Assembly: GCF_000002075.1 (NCBI RefSeq) | Contig: NW_004797431.1 | Location: forward strand, 256,992-320,991 | Source: Aplysia californica | Lineage: Eukaryota | Length of the DNA stretch: 64,000 nucleotides | Reading direction: 5' to 3' | In this document: one piece after another, positions 55,001-62,679 of the stretch | Numbering within the stretch: position 1 is the stretch's first letter | Layout of the letters: each line of letters starts with the position of its first letter | The notes under the pieces: model-generated | The model's input: only the letters and a program-made list of their open reading frames with translations | The model's database searches: none | What the model was told of the DNA's origin: nothing | Position numbers and translations under genes: made by a program

Positions 55001-58000
55001 AATCTTGAAAAATCCTTGGCAGATGTACCGCACAGACCTGATGGACAGTCATTGGCTGCCATACCTCAAGGGTCTCAAGAACCCAATCCCAGTCTCAGAG
55101 GGCCTTGACCCCCTGACCCTGCTCATTGATGATGCTCAGGTCGCCTCATGGAACAATGAGGGTTTGCCTGGGGATCGCATGTCCACTGAGAATGCCACCA
55201 TTTTGACAAACTGCGAGAGGTGGCCTCTGATGATTGATCCTCAGCTGCAAGGCATCAAGTGGATCAAGACCAAGTATGGGGCAGATCTCAAGGTGAGCAC
55301 AAGGCTAATGAAATGGGAATTGCTCACTTAACTCATTTGAGTCTATTTCCGTGTATTTACTCTCTTGTAACACATCTAATCTTTGGCCCTTATATGACTT
55401 TATGGTGTTGCAAGTGCTGTAAAACTCTTACTAAAACTAAAAAAACTAAGTCACTCCCACATTGCAGAAGATCTTTTTATTTTATATTGGCAGCGAAAAA
55501 TAATTGTGTAACCCCCAGACATTGCCATTTCAAAATATTGATAAAATAAAATCTATTTGGACAAAGTAGATACAGTTTTCTTTTTCTGTAAGAGCATTTC
55601 TTTTTGTTGCATTTCTTTTATTATGATAACTTTCACAGTCTTTTTGTGGTCAACGATTCAATATACCCCAAAACTGTCAGCCATGCTGTGTCAATGGGCT
55701 CTGGGGTAATGGTTGTTGGGTGGAAAACAGCTCAGGTTTAAGTGAGTTAAAACGTCTTCTGACAATATTGTTTCTGTATGGTCACGTACAACCCTTTTGT
55801 ATCCTCTCCATTGGAAAACGGGTATAAAAACAATGGTATGTCTTTCATTTGCAGCCGTCTTCTAATGAATCTCGGGAATCTATAAGATTTTGTGTCAGAC
55901 CTTTTTATGTTTCTAAGCAGCTTGGGTAAAGTTATGAAGATCCACTCTTATCTTGTTTCTACCCTATTATAAACCTGACACCTTATGTCCTAATATGCTG
56001 TGTCTGTCCACAGGTCATCCGACTTGGAGTGAAGGGATACTTAGAGGCCATCGAGCGTGCGGTGCAGTCAGGCGATGTGGTGCTCCTAGAGAACATTGAG
56101 GAGAATGTTGACCCTGTGCTTGACCCACTGCTGGGCAGAAACACCATCAAGAAGGGACGCGCCATCAAGGTGAGAGGATGTGAGGGATGAAGATGGAACC
56201 ATGAGGGGCAGCCAGGCTGTGTCTATGGGGTCTGGGGCAATGTTATTTGACTTTAGCAACCTAAGGGAGTTGGTGTTTACTGTGTCAGCATGGAATTTGC
56301 AATTTTATGCATGCCTGTGGGTTGCTGTGTGAATGCACTGAGCAATTCTACGTTACTAGTGATAAATGGTAACACAATTTGTGATTTTACCAAATTCTGT
56401 CAATTGTTGCTGTGTACATGCAACATATGTTTTTACCAGATTGTCTCCATAGGTCATTGTATAAATGCAACCATAGAGTGTGACTGTGTCAGTCAGTGGT
56501 TGTTGTATAATGCATTTGATATCCCCTTAGTTTTCTTAACGGTCCATACATTATGTTTGCTTTGAATTTATGGTTTCATATGTTCCATGCCTCACGATAC
56601 ATTTAGGCATTACAGAGGAATCTTGAACTTTTCTTTTCTGAGGGTGTTTTTTAAAATCGTATTATAGTTAGAGTGATTTTCTACTCTCTAAAAGGGGTTT
56701 TTTTCTTAATCAACAAGAATCTTTTCTGAAACTAGATTTAGTAAGGATTAGCTTGAGCCATGCTGCACGTTTCCAACTGCAAAATAAAATGTAGTTTGTG
56801 TGAGTGGATGTGCCTAGAGTTAAAAGTTGAGACTAGACAAGTTCCTGAGGTATTTCTTTTTTTTTATAAACCAGATGGGTGACAAGGAAGTGGAATACCA
56901 CAAGGACTTCAGGCTCATCCTTCAGACCAAGCTGGCAAATCCCCACTACAAGCCAGAGATGCAGGCCCAGACCACTCTGATCAACTTCACTGTCACCAGG
57001 TAAGTTCTCTGAGGTAATGCTTATCTTTGCTTTACATCTGTTATGGATTTGGTCAAAGCAGTTTTGTTTGCTTCTAAATAATTCTATGGAATATATGAGG
57101 ATTTCACGTTGAACTTTGAATGCACAAATTTCTTTTTGTCTGTTTTGCTTTTCAAATTGTTTAAACCTTATAAATAAGTGACAAGATGGTGAGCAATATA
57201 CTGTATATATGTAATGACTGCATGTGCACCCAGCTTATGAGTTTTCCTGTTCTTGTTTATAAAAGTTACCAGAGGTTCTCTCAGCTATTTGGATTCTAGA
57301 AGTTTTTGGTACGCCAGAGGCCAGTGTCACTCTGAATGAATTTCTTCTTTTCACTCTATTCTCTTGTTGTTTATGTCACTGTCTTTGCTGATTTGCTGTT
57401 ATAGTTGATTTGTCATTGTTGTTTATATTGTTGTTATCGTTAGTGGAGCAGCTGTTAGACAATAGTGCTTCTACATTTTGTGTCATATTAGGACTCTTGC
57501 CTCCTGTTGATTGTCCCATCTTAGACTGCTTTCTCACTAAATTGTGCCCACCCACTGACCACAACTTTTGTGTTCCCCTCCCTCCAGGGACGGATTGGAA
57601 GACCAGCTGCTGGGTGCTGTGGTGTCCAAGGAAAGACCTGACCTGGAAAAGCTCAAATCTGACCTGACCAGACAGCAGAACGAGTTCAAGATCACACTCA
57701 AAGGTGACTGCATCTACTGGACTATACATGCCACTCTTGTTTCACTTTATGTTTCTTGAAATCTTGAACATTTTTTGTAAACTTGTTACAGACTGGGAAT
57801 TATCAAAAAATGTCTCTTTTATTTTAACTATGTCTGGAAAAATGTTTCTTACATTTCAAGATAAAGCTCAAAAGCTTAGAAAAAAAACAACCGTGCAAAT
57901 GCCAAACTATATATAATTACCAGGACATCACCTCATAGATACGGGCAAGAAGAGTAAAGAAAAAAAAAACACTTACAAGTACCTTTTAGAGAAATGATCT

Positions 58001-61000
58001 CTCTGTATCCTTCATTTCTCTTTTTGTCAGGTTATTTCACTTTGGATATTAAACTGACAAGAGATTTTCAACTGTCTTGACCAAAAAAAATCGTTCTGTT
58101 GTAACGTCTCATGACAGCTAATATCTGTAATGATTGAGATGTGAGGAAAATGCCTTTGAGAGAATTATTTTTTATCTCTTTATATATGTTTAAGTACTAA
58201 TGGTTTTCCAAAATTATTTCCGTTTGGCAGGAGATGGTTGGAAGCACCATTTGTAAGTCTTAGTTTTTCTGTTGTCTGCTTTTTGTCTCTGTCTTCCTTG
58301 CTTTTTCCTAGCCCTAAATGGCCATTATTGTGTTGATGTGTCTGTTTACTCAAATGAGCAAGTTCCTTTGGAAAGTTACCTTGCAGTCTTGATTTTGACA
58401 TTCATGACAATCTCTTGTGATGTAACGTGTCCAATAACGCTTCATGTCTCTTGATGTCTTCAGGTCTTGAGGATAACCTCCTGGCACGTCTGTCTGCGGC
58501 CGAAGGCAACTTCCTGGGTGACTACGCGTTGGTGGAGAACTTGGAGACCACCAAGAGAACTGCTGCAGAGATTGAGGTCAAGGCTGCTGAGGCCAAGGTC
58601 ACGGAGGTGGAGATCAACAATGCTCGTGAGAACTACCGTATAGCGGCTGCGAGAGCATCTCTCTTGTACTTCATCATGAATGATCTGCATAAGATCAACC
58701 CCATGTACCAGTTCTCTCTCAAGGTACGCTCAATTTACTGATTGGAATCATTGATTATAAGTGTTCTATGGACACAATTTCTATCATAATTTTATAGCCA
58801 TGATGCTTTGAACCCTGTCCATTAGTATAAACCCAGGCTATATTGGATACTTTCTACTTGTAAAATAGAAGTACTCTATAAAAGATGTTTACCTCAAAGA
58901 AATCAAATTCACTTGCATATCAAACCATTACGGTACAAATGATGGATTAAGCTGGTTTCTTTATTCAACTCCTAAACACTCTCACCTGATTCAGATAAAC
59001 AATACTTTTATTTCTCCTAGTATGTTTGCTGTCATAGTAATAAGTAACTTCATGTAATTGATAAAGAGTTATTCAGTTGTGTAAAGAAGGGCTGTACCTA
59101 TAAAGGTTCAGCTAAGTCAAGTTTGACGTAAAAATGCTGTTTCCATCATGTCTGTTTTTATTATATTATTGTTATCGTAGCTTGTTCATTGTTGTTGTAA
59201 AATAGAGACCAACCAATAGTTGTGATTTAATGGTGAATGTTAGCTTGAAATTGTACTTGAATACTTAAAGAAAAACAACTCAGCATACTCCTCACACACA
59301 CACATGTACACTAACACATACTCTCTCAACTCCCCCCCCCCTTCCCCCATGCACATACATACACACACACACACACACACACGCACACACACATCATTCA
59401 TTCATTCATGCGTGCAAACTCGTGCAGGCATTCAGTGTGGTGTTCGACAAAGCCATCGACCGTGCTGAGCCAGCAGAGGAGCTGAAGCAAAGAGTCATCA
59501 ACCTCATTGACTGCATCACGTACTCAGTCTACATCTACACTACCAGAGGTCTCTTTGAGAAAGACAAGCTGATCTTTGGCACTCAGATGACCTTCCTGGT
59601 AAGCATCAGATACTTTTACCAGATTTTCTTAACAACATCTGTGTGTGGATTTTAGAAAACTTGATGCGTCAAAAAGTTCCATCATTCTTTGGCTTTTTTC
59701 ATTGTTTTGGGTGCAGTCAGAACTTACTGTATAAAGTCATAGCATTTCAAAGGGCACAAGGGTCCAAATAATAACTTTTGAGAAAACAGTTTTAAGAGTT
59801 TGTCCTTGGTGTGTAGAGAGTGGAACAAAAGATGTGTCTTGGTTTGCTGGTACAGTATTCATATGCACTGGGTTTCCCTAGAAATTCAGTACAATTTCCC
59901 TTCATTTGGCAAGTTACAGTAGAGATATGCCTGACAATTATTGTCCTTCTGCAGGAGTTAAAGTTACAAATCTTATCAGAATTTGTTAATTTTTTACTTC
60001 AAAATAATTTGTAAAGAATTATTTAAAACTGTATTTGAGTAAAATTCCTGCGAATGAAGATTTTTAAATGGTTTATCTTTCCATGTTTCTTACAAGTTCA
60101 TTTGCAATACAAATGATAATTTGCTAAATCTATTTTTGATATCTCAAAATAACCTTCTGTACATTCTGATGGGTCTTGCTCGAATCCACAGAAATTTTTC
60201 TATGTGCTGCATTCTATTTTGATCTAGATCTAGTAATATGTAAGGGCTAGTAATATTTATGGAATATCTTCAGTTACAATGCTTATGTTTATAATGTTCT
60301 TAAAAAGTAGTTTACACGAATCTTCAATAAACTGATTTATATTAAAATTTTAGATTCTTTCACTCGCGGCACTTTGCTTGTATTTTGTGAGGGGGTCCAT
60401 TCTTATGAACTGGTTTCTCATTTTTGTATTTTGTTTTGAAGTTTACTTTTATTTTATGTCTGTTCTGCGGTGGTGGTTTCACCTTTTACTGCAGAGTACT
60501 TTCATCATGTTTGATTTGAGTTTGTTCTGGTTTGCCAACTTGAAGCCCTGTTGTGTGAAATGTTCTCTTATGTTTAACTCTGTGCCTGCTTCAGATCCTT
60601 GTCATGGGCAATCAGCTGAACCCCGTGGAGCTGGACTTCCTGTTGAGATTCCCAGCAGTGCCCAATCTGACCACACCCGTGGACTTCCTCAACAACAATT
60701 CCTGGGGAGGCATTAAGGTATCAAGATGTCTGTACTGCAGTTTCAGAGAAATAGGAAGGGAGGGGGGGGAAGGGCAGAGCAGAGATGGGACAAAAGGAGG
60801 TGGAGGGGAGAGATGGAACAAAAAGGAGGGGAGGGGGAGATGTGCCAAAAAGAGGATGTAGGGGAGAGATGGAACAAAAAAGGGGCGGGGGGGGGGGGAG
60901 ATGGGACAAAAAGGAGGTGGAGGGGAAAGAAGGAACTAAAAGGGAGGGGATGGGGAGATGGGCAAAAAAGGGGAGGGTGGGGGGGGAAGAAGGAAAAAAA

Positions 61001-62619
61001 AATAGGGGGGGAGGGGGTTGGACAAAAATGGAGGGGGAGCAGATGGGACAAAAAGTGGGTGGAGGGGAGAGATGGAACAAAAAATAGGGGGGGGGGATGA
61101 TAAATGGTACAAAAAGGAAATGGGCGAGAATGGGTTGTTTTTGAGGGAACAATTCTATTTGATATGCTGGAAAAGAAAGGCTGTCCCAGTTGAATGGTAT
61201 GTCTTCATACTTGTTATATATAAGAAAATTGTGATTCCATAGTTTGATTGATTACAACATTGTACCATAGGAAAAAATGCTTGCCCTTTTTCTTGTTGAA
61301 CCACCTGCAAACAGGTACCTGGCAATCAGCAGCGATGAGAAATGACAGTGATTATAACCTATACTTCATGGGGTACTACTCTGTATGTCAAAATGTTCTT
61401 AAATTTGTGTCTAATAAGGCCTAAAACTAAAACCTAAATAACAGCAGCAACAGCAAAAAGTCTTAGGCATTTGATGAGCTATGTTTGTTTTACTAAAGCC
61501 TTTTTGTTTTTGTCTTTGTCTCCTGTCTCCAGGCCCTGGCCGCCATGGAAGAGTTCCGTAATCTTGACCGTGACATCGAGGGCTCCGCCAAACGCTGGAA
61601 GAAGTTTGTGGAGAGTGAGTGTCCGGAGAAGGAGAAGTTCCCACAGGAGTGGAAGAACAAGACCTCATTGCAGAAGTTGTGCATGATGAGGGCACTCCGA
61701 CCTGACAGGATGACTTATGCTGTCACGTAAGGGATTTTGGCTGTAACTTTTCAGCACCCCTGTTTTGTTTCAGTATGAGCATTTTTACGGGACTTCAACA
61801 CAATTGGGTCATATAAATGCTGAAGATTAGAGGTGTTGCTAGAGACTAACATACAGAAAAAATGAGGAGAGATAAGGACGACTGATGTTTGGTAGGAAAG
61901 AAGGCCCAAACAACATCAGAGCACCTGCTAATAACATCCACTTAGCCTCCCTATCAATACAACTTAGGCAATGTGAGATAGGGGTTGCTTTGACCCTGCC
62001 TATTAAGAATAACCCAATCTGATGAGATCTGACATCCTAGCAGAAAGACAGAGATACTTGATGAAAGAAGTTCCTGAAACCAGAATCAGACTTTGATCTG
62101 TGGGTAATGCCAAAGATTCAGATTATTATGCCATGAACACTGATCGTCACATTCTAATTCGTGAAGCCTCATATAATTAATTGTGCCCTCTCGGATTGCT
62201 GCTCTTCAATTGAGTCAGTCAGGCGCTAGGCTCTCCCATGTGTAGGTATTCATGTTGAAGTCTTCTAAAGATATTTTTCAGGGTGTCTTTGTAATACTTT
62301 TGTGGTGCACCAAATTTAGGCTTCCCTAAAGACAACTTAGAAGAGACTACTGCTCTTGGGATTCTGAAATCAGGCATTTTTATAACATGGCCAGCCCAGT
62401 AAAGTTGAGTCCTTTTGAGCTTAGGAAACCTTTAGCATCTGCCCTCTTGAGAACTTTGGTGTCTGATATTTTGTCCTGAATTTTGATGCCAAGAATTCTC
62501 CTGAGACATGTCATATGGAAATTATGGCTTTGTTACACTGTTACTAGCAGGTTTGGGGTGGGAGAGCAGCATGGTAGACTTTCATATGTCTGTCTGGCTG
62601 CCTGTTTGCCTGCCTTGCA

Positions 62620-62679
<60 letters not shown>

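Noticed and set aside
62017-62050. Hammerhead ribozyme core CTGATGAG...GAAA (weaker cases at about 26390 and 54258)
   Set aside because: The required stems and the G-C pair closing stem II are absent. The 62017 site lies within antisense RTE coding remnant.
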